Assembly: GCA_044892505.1 (NCBI GenBank)
Contig: CM097882.1
Location: forward strand, 279,992,001-280,056,000
From: Schmidtea nova
Lineage: Eukaryota
DNA length: 64,000 nt
Direction of reading: 5' to 3'
Below, in pieces: positions 49,239 through 61,496 of the stretch (its first letter is position 1; every line of letters starts with the position of its first letter). Made by a program: the position numbers and the translations under genes. Below the pieces are notes generated by a model, which ran no database searches, was not told the DNA's origin, and was given only the letters and a program-made list of their open reading frames with translations.

Positions 49239-50131
49239 GAAAAAGATATAAAATATAAATGCAATTAAATTAAATTTGAACCTGAAAATAAAATGACAAT
49301 ATGGTTAACAATTAATAAAGTTAATAAATTAAGGGTCAAGGAAAATTTTGGCGTGGCGGTGTTGGGTTAAGGGGGAGATCTTGAATCTAGTTAATACTTA
49401 TAAACTAGTCAATTCTTGTACCAACATGTTTTCGGTTGAGTAGTGGCCTACTACTCCACCGAAAACTGTCAGTCTGATCTCCCTTATCCGCCCTTACCCT
49501 AGCGGCTGGTTTGAACTTATGTAGCCCATTCACGTTTATAGTGAGAATGGTATCACTCTGATCTACCAGACCTTTACGACTACTCGTTTGATAATTTGAG
49601 TAATCGCACCCTATTTGTGCAATGCTTGCAATATTGCTATTGTTCGCTGTTCAATAGGATCTTCCCTATTAGGACAATAGAGGTGTTGTCTACCCAACTG
49701 ACAAGCAGTTATTTTGATAAGTGGGTAGTGGATTCGAGCCTGACTTGCATACGCCCCCTACCCAGTTACCCAGGTAGCATTTTAGGTCAATTAGGCGATG
49801 CACCCTAACATAATAATCATAATGATTTTCGCCATTATAACTTGAGATGGTAGGATCTTCTCTATAAGGACTATAGAGGGTCTATCTCGCCTGTTTGTGA
49901 AGAGATAGATAAATGTAAATTGCAAACACTACTATGCGTAAGCTATATGTTACCTTTTTTAAGGACAGGTATAAAGTTGACCACTACCCCACAGATCAGC
50001 CGGACATCCGACTTAGTGACCCGTGACGAACACATGGTACTCGATAGCCCTTAATGAGAGTAATGCGGCACCGAATTGTCGAAGCACCGAAGCACTCCAA
50101 TTCTTCTACCGCAGACCTAAGATCAATTGGC

Positions 50132-50770
50132 AATCAGTGGTATGTTTCGCCCACCAACTGACAAACACTTAGAATTTTAACTATATAGCTAGGCTATATA
50201 TTACAATATCATTTTATAGTGAGAATTGACACCACTTATATAACCAACATCGAGCCAACATCGAGTTTATTAAGCAACTAGGCCACTTAAAACAATTCCT
50301 TTGGTAGTGAGAATTGACATCACCGTATACAGGACCGACAATCAAGTGTCGACGACAAGACCTGCATACATCCGGGCCCTTATCAGTAATCAGCAGTATG
50401 TTTCACCCACCAACTACCAAACGTCCCGTATTTTTACTATATAGCTAGGCTATATATTACAATATCATTTTATAGTGAGAATTGCCACCACTTATATAAC
50501 CAACATCGAGCCAACATCGAGTTTATTAAGCAACTAGGCCACTTAAAACAATTCCTTTGGTAGTGAGAATTGACATCACCGTATACAGGACCGACAATCA
50601 AGTGTCGACGACAAGACCTGCATACATCCGGGCCCTTATCAGTAATCAGCAGTATGTTTCACCCACCAACTACCAAACGTCCCGTATTTTTACTATATAG
50701 CTAGGCTATATAGAACAATATCATTTTATAGTGAGAATTGCCAACACTTATATAACCAACATCGAACCAA
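50132..50770. repeat. 256-bp tandem repeat, about 2.5 copies
   Basis: AATCAGYRGTATGTTTC.CCCACC starts at 50132, 50388 and 50644. Later copies are nearly identical. Recurrent TAGTGAGAATTG motif. Confidence 0.92.
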
Positions 50771-51537
50771 TCACGATTATTACCATCACTGTACTTTATA
50801 CAACATCGACCAGATCGTTCTATCAGTTCCTCTAGTTTCAAAGGCGTCCCCGCACTACACTCGCAGAATAAGTACTAATGTATATATTCGCTGGTAGATT
50901 TAAGATCCATCATAAGAAGAAACACTGTTTTTAACAAAAGAGTGTGAGTAATTCTTAGTATAATCTCAGTACAGTCTTGCTAGTTTGGTTACTCCGGGCG
51001 TCCCACAGAGATTCTCACTAGAAGATCGGATCTTAAACTTCATGTTGCCATGAAGGTATATTTTCATATACTATCACCTTAAAAAGGCACTTTCAGACAT
51101 ATATATATTACCGAAAGTGAACCTCTCAAAACGCTACTATAGAACGTAACGATAATTTAAATCACCTCCCGAAGGAAGGATAATGAGATCAAATGACTAA
51201 TACCGAGTTTACGTTTATGTTTCCATACTTCAATATGGTTAACAGGAAGACCTCGTGAAGGCCCGTAGACTCGAACTTCTTTCTCGCGCACATATGTACT
51301 ATACCGTACTATTGTACCAGAAAGTTGTAAATCGCAAACACCCAGCCAACAATTACGGCAGATGTTATATTATATTCACCATGGCAGGTTCCAACTGTCC
51401 TTCCCTTGGTTATAGTCAGTAACCTTAGAAAATACTATGATAAATCATAGTTTACTACAACTCCGGGTATCTCACGACACCACTTTGTTAGTTATAGTTA
51501 TTTAAGTTAGACAATCGGAGATCCTAGCAAATTAGAC

Positions 51538-52006
51538 TTAGTCCGTGCCAGTTCTAAGTTGACCGTTTAGTGTACAACGACGATCATCAATCCGAAGACC
51601 AACAACCAAAGCAAAATTTGCCCATCAACCAGTTAAAAAAGTACCATCTCAACACCATTTCAAGTTGCCTCAAAACAGCATCAAAACAGCTCAATTCTAT
51701 ACCAACTGACTTCTTAACTAAGCCCATCATACCCGGTCCTTAGAGCCAATCCTTTTACCGAAGGTACGGATCTAANNNNNNNNNNNNNNNNNNNNNNNNN
51801 NNNNNNNNNNNNNNNNNNNNNNNNNNNNNNNNNNNNNNNNNNNNNNNNNNNNNNNNNNNNNNNNNNNNNNNNNNNNNNNNNNNNNNNNNNNNNNNNNNNN
51901 NNNNNNNNNNNNNNNNNNNNNNNNNNNNNNNNNNNNNNNNNNNNNNNTTATATCCGAATTATTGTTATTCAATTGATCACAATGAGATGTGTCATAAATC
52001 AATGAA
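51538..52006 (-). rRNA. 28S rDNA fragment (D7a-D8 region), pseudogenic, copy 1; contains a 172-nt N run
   Basis: The reverse complement reads TTAGATCCGTACCTTCGGTAAAAGGATTGGCTCTAAGG...AACTTAGAACTGGCACGGAC, matching conserved LSU rRNA sequence on each side of D8. Confidence 0.82.
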
Positions 52007-54914
52007 CCAATATTATGGTCATAATTATTATAATATTAGGTATTTTATATGCCCTGTATGCATAACCTCCCAACCCATTCCCTATCATTCTTTTTATGAT
52101 CAACATAAGAATCACTTAGGACAATATACATCAACTAAAAAACAAAAATTATTTAAACGACCTAATCTAAATGACATAAATTCTATTCTAAATAAAAAGA
52201 TTAAATTAAACCCTTGTACAATTGAAAAAATATATTTATCTACAAATGAACCAAATAATTCTGATGATGAATTGATGAAAGTATTGGAAGAAGCAATAGA
52301 GGAAAAGCAATTATTGGAAGCGGTCGAAGAGATTGAAGCGATGGAAGCGGTGGAAGCGGTAGAAGCGGTGGAAGAGGTGGAAGCGGTGGAAGAGGTGGAA
52401 GAGGTGGAAGCGGGCGAAAACAAAATTTTAATTGAAGCGGTGGAAGAGATTGAAGATTTTTGGAACGTAGGATTTTATCAAACTGGAGGAAGTGTTATAG
52501 AACCTCTCCCAGTCATTGAAAGCGATTTAAATGGATCGCATAGGATTTTAAAAATTAATACTAGTGATTTAAATATAAATCAAATTATTTTTCCTCAATC
52601 GTTAATTAATAAATTAATTGAAATAATTAACGAAATAGGCTATGTGAAGATACAATTTGGTATCTGTGTTGAGTTTGAAAAAGATGGAGAAATTAAAAGA
52701 AACAATATTTCCAATAGTGCAAAACCTCTGACACAGACATTTTTCGAAGAGGGAATTAAAAAATTAAATGAAAAGATTTCATCAATTACAGAATTAGGAA
52801 GTAGTTGGATTTTAAAAAGAATAACTGAAATTAGTTTTATTGTAACAAAAATTTCAAATATAAGCAGATTAGCTGGTAGAAGCTATATAAGAACACCTAA
52901 AGAATTAGCTAGAAAAAATTGTATAGTCAATGTACACAATAAAGACAATTTATGCTTTATTTACAGCATTTTGGTAATACTAAAATATGAAACATTAAAT
53001 AATCATAGAGAAAGAGTTTCGAACTATACTGAGTTTTTGACGGGCTTCGATTATGAAATATCTGAAATGCCAATGAAATTAAATAATATTAGGAAATTTG
53101 AATCAAAGAATCCCGGATTAATTATTAACGTATTGACGTATAATCCATCAACCTCATTAAATGATAATTATATTTTAAAACATCCACATTTGGATATTAT
53201 TCACAGATCAAAAATGAAAAACGGCAAAATTATAAATTTATTATTATTAAATGAAGGTGGGAAATATCACTATGCAGCCATAACAAATCTAAAGAGATTA
53301 ATGAACTGTAATCAATACTCCGATAATAATTTTAGAATAAGAAGCGACTGGTGCAGTAGATGTTTGAATGGTTTCCCAAATAAATTATCATTGGAAAAAC
53401 ATGAAAATCTTTGTAGAAAAAATCAACTAGGAACTACATTATATACTGTCCCAGAAAATAAAATGTTAAAATTTACAGATTGGTCAAAAACTGTTACCCC
53501 ACCATTTGTAATTTATGCAGATTTTGAATCCATTTTACCAAAGGATGATGTATATTATCAGAAACACTTACCTATTTCTGCGGGGCTTTTGTTAATAAAT
53601 AATTTTGATGGGTCAAAATCTTATCAACAATTTATTGGATTAAATTGTGTAGAAGATTTTTTAATAGCGGTTGAAGAAATAGCTTTATTTAAAGTTCTTC
53701 CATATTACAATAAAAATGGTAATACTAAAATGAATAGATTGACTGAAATTGAAGAGGATCAATTTAAAAATGAAACCACTTGTTACCTTTGTATGAAAAA
53801 TATCGTAGATCCTGTAAGAGACCACGACCATTTCACTGGGAAATATTTAGGTGCGGCATGTCAAACATGTAATATTAATAGAAAAATAAACAAAACTTTA
53901 CCAATAGTTTTTCATAATTTGAAAGGATACGATTTGCACCTTATTCTTAAATATGGAATAAATAAATTTAAAAATTGGTCATTGAGTTGTATACCAATTA
54001 CATCTGAAAAATTTATATCGCTTATAGTTCATGTTGACAAAATTAGTTTAAGATTTATTGATTCTTACCAGTTTGTGAATGATTCTTTGGCCAAGGCAGT
54101 AAAAACTTTGAATTCTTTACCATTGACAAATTCAGTTTTTGATGGAACTATAGTTTCTGAAAAGGGTATATTTCCACATAGCTTTGCAACAAGCTTAGAA
54201 GTTCTTGAAAACACTTATGAATTGCCACCTATTTGGGAAGGTGTTACAGACGATGAGTATCTTAAGGCTCAACTTATTTGGACTGAAACAAAATGTGTTA
54301 ATCTTTTAGATTATATGTCGATTTACTTAAAACTTGACTGCTTTCTTTTGGCAGATTTCTTTCAACAATTTCGTTTGAAATCTTTAGCTCATAATAAATT
54401 AGAACCATTAAATTACTTCGGTATTCCTGGAATGTCTTGGTCGTCTTCTTTAATGTCTTTAGATGAACCAATAGAATTAATTACTGAAAATGAAATGTTT
54501 AGCTTTTATGAGGGTGGAATTCGAGGAGGGTTGACTTTTGTAAATAAACATTTTGTAAAAACTGATGAAAACACCGATTTATTATATATTGATATTAATA
54601 ATCTTTACGGATGGGCGTTGAGCCAAGCTTTACCGTGTGGTGAATTTAGTTGGGTGTCAGATAATTTAGATAAAATTTTACTTGATTGTGTTAATCTTGA
54701 TCTTGAATCTTTGTCTTATGGTTACACTTTAGAGGTAGATTTGGAAATACCAACTGAAATCCACGACACTTTAGATGATTTCCCAGTTGCAGCTGAGAAA
54801 ATGAAACCTAGAGGATCTAAAGTAGAAAAATTATTACTGACACATTACCCTAAAAAGAACTATGTAATTCATTGGCGTTTATTAAAATTATTGATTAAAT
54901 TTATTGATTATTAA
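51987..54914 (+). pseudogene. Protein-primed family B DNA polymerase (Polinton-type), 3'-truncated
   Basis: Exo I YADFES, DHDHFTGKYLGAAC..CN, Exo II FHNLKGYD, RFIDS, Exo III YLKLDC..LAD, GGIRGG and pol motif A YIDINNLYGWALSQALP. Ends at HWRLL, before motifs B (KxxxNxxxGK) and C (DTDS). The first 7 codons come from the rDNA copy. Confidence 0.92.
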
Positions 54915-54916
54915 AA

Positions 54917-55384
54917 TTCATTGATTTATGACACATCTCATTGTGATCAATTGAATAACAATAATTCGGATATAANNNNNNNNNNNNNNNNNNNNNNNNN
55001 NNNNNNNNNNNNNNNNNNNNNNNNNNNNNNNNNNNNNNNNNNNNNNNNNNNNNNNNNNNNNNNNNNNNNNNNNNNNNNNNNNNNNNNNNNNNNNNNNNNN
55101 NNNNNNNNNNNNNNNNNNNNNNNNNNNNNNNNNNNNNNNNNNNNNNNTTAGATCCGTACCTTCGGTAAAAGGATTGGCTCTAAGGACCGGGTATGATGGG
55201 CTTAGTTAAGAAGTCAGTTGGTATAGAATTGAGCTGTTTTGATGCTGTTTTGAGGCAACTTGAAATGGTGTTGAGATGGTACTTTTTAACTGGTTGATGG
55301 GCGAATTTTGCTTTGGTTGTTGGTCTTCGGATTGATGATCGTCGTTGTACACTAAACGGTCAACTTAGAACTGGCACGGACTAA
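54917..55384 (+). rRNA. 28S rDNA fragment, copy 2, inverted relative to copy 1; contains a 172-nt N run
   Basis: Differs from copy 1 by one substitution and one homopolymer indel over about 297 readable bases. Confidence 0.82.
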
Positions 55385-56309
55385 TTCGATCTGGACCTCA
55401 AATAAAATGATTGGCTCTAGAGACGTGCCAATGTGGATTTACAGGTTTAACGGATCTGTAATGAACCTATGCGTCAATCTAGAAGTGGTTCGGATTAGTT
55501 AATTTGATTGTATAGTAAAACTGCAAGGGACCCAGTGAGCCTGAGTGGTTAGAGCTATAATATCCCTTTTAATGTCTTATGCGTCTCTTTGGACGCTATC
55601 TTCTCATGGGGCTCCGGATATTATAGTATGTTCTTTGGCTACGGGAATTAGCTCTAGAATAGCAATCAGATTTTTGCCAAAATGTGTCTCTAATGTATCC
55701 GACATCTGCCGACTTCTTGTTGGCCAGATATTTGCAGTGATACCGCTCTTGGCACATTTAAGTACGGTATAGTACTGTTGGTGCACGAAGAGAAATCGCA
55801 ATTACGGGCCTCCACGGGGTGCTTCCTGGTAACCATAATGTGTATGGGACAGAAGACGTATGCGGTGGTGTATTAGTTTAGGTTGAAAGGTCTAAAGGGA
55901 AACCTTAGTCTAAGATTGGACAATTTGAATTAATGCATTTCTGGTGGGTCAACGTGCTCACCGAGACAGATATCGACAGTCTTGTTGATAGTATCCATGA
56001 ACGGGGAGAGGTCGTAACCATTCCTAGACTCCTCGATGGTATCTAAGGGGGTGGGTTGGCTTCTTCCAACTTTTTGGGTGTGAGACACTTGGTGGTCCTT
56101 CGGGGCTGCCCTTTTTATGTGTATCACTATGAGTAAAAGTGTGCAAGGCTGAACTGAGTGTACATAGTACGGAGAAAAACCGGGTGTACATTTGGGTTAA
56201 ACTCTGATAAGGGAGGATCCCTGCCAAAATTGGGTGGGAAAAACGGGTGAAGCATCCAACTCAACTCCGTACCTATAAGGACGGTCTGACGCGGAGCCTG
56301 CGCTTTAAC

Positions 56310-56821
56310 AGGAAAATAAAACTCCAGGTTAATAGCTCGTTTTACTTTATCACATGAGTTTCTCTAGCCATATGCCTCCACTGACAAAAATGATCCTATA
56401 CAAAAGATCGACAAAAATTTTCCTATACAAAAGACCGACATAAAATTCTCTATTCAAAATAACCAGAACAAAAATCCTATTCAAAAATACCAGATCAAAA
56501 ATCACTGTACAAAATTTCAGAGTCCCTTTTTGCCCGAGAAAAAAATCTCGGAGTAGAAAATCCTATTCAAAAGATTGACAAAAATTTCCTATACAAAAGA
56601 TCGACCCAAAAACATAGTGGCTCCCCAACCCACCTGTACAAAAGACCGACAAAATTTTCCTATACAAAAGACCGACAAAAATTTTCCTATACAAAAGATC
56701 GACGAAAATTTTCCTATACAAAAGATCGACGAAAAAACATAGTGGCTCCCCAACCCACTTTTTTTCTAGGGGGGGGTTGGGTTGGGGAGCCAGTGGGTTG
56801 GGGAGCCACTAACTACCTACT
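56310..56821 (-). repeat. Polinton right TIR
   Basis: Inverted match to 43636-44094 with two extra subrepeat copies. Confidence 0.93.
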
Positions 56822-59430
56822 AGTGTGGTACATTGATATTTATGTTGCAGTATGGGTTTTATTAACCCCTAGAAATCGTTAATAGTTTTTATAACAACAC
56901 CCATACCTCCCAGTAGATTGTAAAGATTTGCATACAAATAAAGTTTTACCACTTCCGCTACGTTCTACTATTTGATAAACCATGTAACTTCTATATTCCA
57001 TTTTTATTTATTTAATTATTATTGTTTATATTTGTTTAATAATTCAAAAATATTTAGCAACATCAATTATGAAGGTGCATGTTTAGTTTCTAGAATTATT
57101 TTTCCAAACGGAAAACCTAAACAGGTAGAAGATAGAAACAGTAATTATTGCATTTTATCATTCAGATCTCGCAAGTATCGAGTGTTGGGCTAAAACTGAA
57201 AATTGTTTAAATGAATCGGTAACACAACACGTAGAGAGCGCGCAAGAAGTTCATTTAAAATTCTTTGAGTCAAAACATCAAATAAAACATTATAATCACA
57301 AAACACCGAAATAATTAAATTAAACATGTACAAAAGTGCAATAAGCATACACGTGAAAACACATATATAACATAAAAACATCAATTATGTAACAAAATTA
57401 CAAACTAAGACTAATTAAAATATTTTTAGAGGGAAAACTTCGATTTTTATCGTAAAAATTCATAAAAATATGAAAGAAAATTATTTTAGTTAAAATTTAG
57501 CAAAGAAAATTAAATTAGGAAAAAATTTGATTAAAAAGAAAAGTTTTGGATTAAAAATAAACTATTTTAAGTTTTAGAAAAATTTGATGCAAAAATATTA
57601 ATTTGATTTTGCGTAAAATTGTTAAAATTAATTTTAGAAAAATCGAAAATTTCTTCTAGAACAATTTGTTTTACTACATCAATGGAAACAACAAACAGGA
57701 TATTATATAAATACCGCCATCAAAATGGAAGTCATTCAGAATTTGCTCGAAAATTTTGAGAAATTTCTGCGAAAGTGAAATTTTGGAAAATTTTAAAAAA
57801 ACTAACTGGGAAAAACTAATAAAGGCGAACCCATCGAAATGTTCCAGAAACAATCAATCAGTTTCCAACTGACAGAATCCAAAAGTGTTGCGAAAAATCC
57901 CAAGACACGCATGTAAAGATCATGAACTTTTTTCTTTTATGCAGGCTAGCGAGTCATGCCCTCGTTACCCTGCAGTAGGTTTTTTAATTGACCTTTCGAT
58001 TGGAATATTGCTAATTCGTTACTGTACGATTTAATATGTTATTCATGATTTTTTTGGAAATTATAATTTTTCTATTTTAAATACTCATTTTTATTTTTGT
58101 CACATTTCTAATAAACTGATATCATTTTATTGTTATTTATTTATTTAATCATATGTATATCTATATGTTTTTATTAAAACCACTTCCATACATTCTGACA
58201 TGAGTCCGGCCTCGAGCTGAACTGATGGAAGTAGCCTATGTGGATTGCTATTCAGTTACTCACTTGCCAGCCCATATTTCCGCTATAGGTGAAGCCCACA
58301 CATCCATGATCACTTCACCCCATTCATCTTTGTTGGGAAACAGTGGCTTGCCCAAGGGCAAGGATTTTTAAATTAATTTAACATCTAGAATTCTATTACA
58401 TTTTTATTAAAGTGCGATACGGTATTCAAAGACGCAAATGAATATTTTATTTATAGTATTGTATTTATATTTATTAATATCAAAGTGCCTTGCTCTCACA
58501 AATACAAGAAAATTCGGACATAATAAAAATAAATCGAAAATATGCATTCATCTCTTAAATCGCCTTCGCTCAATGAACGTCGTCTTTACTTCATTATGAA
58601 GGAAATCGCAAAGTCTCTCAAGAAGTCGAATGAATTAAAAGCTCTTTAATAGCAACTCAGTGCGTAATAATAATGTCTATATTGTATTATACTCTCAGAT
58701 TTTACTCGATGTTTTGCACCATAATTTTATGTATGTAATGATGTTTCATGTGTGTTTTGCACTATAATGTGATGATATTTTATGTGTGTTTGTACTATAG
58801 TGTAAGAATAGTTTGTGTATGTGTATGTTTGTACTGGATATTTTCTTTTTCCTGAATTCTGATATAAGGTTACAACAAATTAAGATTTATTCTTGCTATA
58901 TATTAAATAAAATTTAATTTCAAATTTAATTTCAAATTATTTTTATTTATTAATTTTCAGTAATTTTAAATCTGTTTTGTCATTGTTTTCAAAAAATCCA
59001 ACCGGAAAATCAATGGGTGCCATGAAAGATGATGTTATCATGTATGGTGACATCAAATGGTGATGTATATTTTGATGGAAATAAATCAAATGCTAAATTT
59101 CCACCTAGAGTAAAAATTATTGGATTCACATCTAATATGGTGGAACATATGGATTTTTTATATTATGATAAATTAGTTAACAATCAAGATGTTCAAAATG
59201 CTTTAAAATATATGGTCGCATGTTCAAAACAAGAAATCATGGTTTAATAGTAACAGACAGCAAGGTTATGAAAATGAAAATTTAACTATTAAAATGAATG
59301 AAATAAAAGAAATAAAAGAAGTCTTTATTATTCCAGAAATACATTATCCAAATTAAAAAAAGATTTATGAGCAATGTTTTATTGAAAACGAGCAAAGTTT
59401 TATTGAAAACGAGCAAAGCTTTGGCTACAC

Positions 59431-61496
59431 CAGGCCTGGCCAACCCAAATCGCTCTGCGGGCCAACTTTTTTTTCCAAAATTTTATGCGGGCTATATAAT
59501 ATACGAAAACCCCAATTTTTATTGAAATATTTGTTTGAATTATTTCAGTACATAGATTTATTTGAACCATTCCAAGAAAAACATCTATTTTTATATTTAC
59601 ACTAGATTTTTTTTATTGTTTCAAGAACATTCTTATTGAACCATTTATTTTTATTATTTCACTACACTTAAGAATAATATTTATTAATGAGATGTTTGCT
59701 TTTCTTTGCGATCGCTCAATGCTTTTAAATCTACATCAATTTGGGTAGTTGCACATCGTAATTGGCTTTCAAGGTTTTCGTCTGTTAATGAAGCGCGAAA
59801 TTTACTTTTGGTAAATTTCATTTTTGAAAAAAAGGCTTCACAAACATATGTAGATCCGAAGGCGCTTACAATTTTTTGAGCGAATAATCTTAAGTTAGGA
59901 TACCTTTCTGCTGTTATATACGTGTTGTAGAATTAGATTTTTGATGTCGTCTTATGAACCTGCTTCAACTCATTGTTACACTGCAAATTAATTATTTCCA
60001 TCTGTAAAGCTTCTGGAACAGTGAAAGCGTCAACTTGAAATGGTGAAGAAAATATCTCAAACGTTTTGTCATATTTTGTAAGTTCTGAGAAACGACGAGT
60101 AAATGCAGCTGAAAGTTTTATAATTTCATCAGCGTACTTTGCAAAATTAATAGCTTGACTGCTATTAAATTCTTTTAATAATGGAAAATGGTGAAGATTG
60201 TTATTTCAAAGTTGGGACTCAAATAAAATTAGCTTGGTTTGGAATGCTTTGATATGATTACAAGCATCAATAATTAAATTATCTTGCCCCTGTAACTCCT
60301 TGTTTAGCTGGTTAATTTTTTCGGTTATATCTACTAAAAAACACAGGTCCAACAACCACATATCGTCATTTAAATTTGAAACTGGAGTTCTCTCTTCAGC
60401 CATAAAATTTTCTATTTCCACCCGTAATTCAAAAAATCTTTTTAAACATGTTCCGCGACTCAACCATCTAACTTTGGTAAAATAGACAATATCGCCGTAT
60501 TTCGAACTTAATTCGTCAAGGTATGCTCTGAACTTGCGATGCTGAAGCGCATGTGATCGAATATAGCTAACTGTTTTTATTACCACATCCATGACATGGT
60601 TCATGGACAATACCTGGGCACATAAATTTTGCTGATGTATCAAACAGTGTATTACAAATATTTCACTGGGTTTAACAGATGTAGCTTCAAGTTCATCCAT
60701 AAACAACTTTACGGTTCCTTTATTTTTACCAATCATAGCAGGCGCACCATCCGTTGTTAGTCCAGAAAGCTTCTCTAAATGTAAAGAATTACAGGATAAA
60801 CATTTTTTTATAGCGTGGAAAACATCCTCTCCTCTAGTGGTGTCTTTCAAATTTAAAAGATTTAACATTTCTTGTGTCACTCCGAAAGAATCGTTAACTC
60901 CACGAATAAATACAGCAAGTTGTGATGTATCTGAAATATCTGTACTTTCGTCGAAAGCTAGAGAATATGCTTTGAATTGTTGAATCCGCTCTCGTAAAGT
61001 CACCACTATTTCATCCGAAATATCATTAATGCGACGACAAATAGTTTGACGCGACAAACTTATGCACGAAATCATTTTATGTTTATCTGGCATAACATCT
61101 TCTATAACAGCTGCCAAACATTCTTTTACAAATTCTCCGTCCGAAAATGGTTTCATTTTCTTAGCGATTAACATTGCGACAGAGTAGCTTGCTTTAACAA
61201 TATTAGAAGGTAGTTGTAATGAAGAACTAAACATTTTCTGCTGAGATTTTAATTCGGATTTTAGCTCGGCCAATTTAATATTTCTCAATTCACTATTAAA
61301 TTTCACACACGTCGTGTTTCGTTTCATGATGTCTTTTAACATTGTATTCCTTAAAAACAGCTATTGTATCTCGGTAAATCAAACATGTTAATTTTGAGTT
61401 CTGCATTATAAAGAAATAATTTTCTTCCCAATGATCGCTGTATTTTCTGTTTTCTTCTGAAACTCTTCTTTTTTTGGAATTCATTCTAAAGGCCAT
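59431..61496 (-). mobile_element. hAT transposon (SPIN/Charlie, GTF2IRD2-like transposase), frameshifted
   Basis: Terminal CAGGCCTGGCCAAC...GCGGGCC at 59431. Pieces: KKRRVSEENRKY...W..YFF..CLI...KRHHETKH; SLAFDESTDISD, TTDGAPAM, HCLIHQ, VRWLSRG; and the C-terminal FGSTYVCEAFFSKM. The other TIR was not found. Confidence 0.88.

Larger units (their letters stand above)
43636..56821. mobile_element. Polinton/Maverick relic (13.2 kb), non-autonomous, with nested cargo
   Basis: Termini AGTAGTTAGTTAGTGG and CCACTAACTACCTACT. 6-bp TSD AGTGTG at 43630-43635 and 56822-56827. Long TIRs and a protein-primed PolB fragment inside. No integrase, ATPase, protease or capsid ORF seen. Confidence 0.9.

Noticed and set aside
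49016-49264. (YFR/DFR)n ORF
   Set aside because: It is a translation of the 9-bp repeat.
49860-50400. Group I intron-like words (AATCAGCAG and TATAGTCC)
   Set aside because: They are on opposite strands, and no P/R elements or P7 pairing were found.
50132-50770. CRISPR-like periodicity here and in the TIR subrepeats
   Set aside because: Whole units are repeated with no unique spacers, there are no cas genes, and the context is eukaryotic.
44100-51537. Hammerhead or HDV-like ribozyme
   Set aside because: No CUGANGA/GAAA core or complete HDV pseudoknot could be matched by eye. A computational scan is still needed.
31724-54914. Bidnavirus-like single genome joining the ssDNA element and the PolB
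   Set aside because: Each has its own complete boundaries (ITRs versus TIRs with TSD), and they are separated by 6 kb of unrelated relics.
51772-55151. Track ORFs containing X runs (also 17082-17339 and 30010-30312)
   Set aside because: They are artefacts of translating through Ns.
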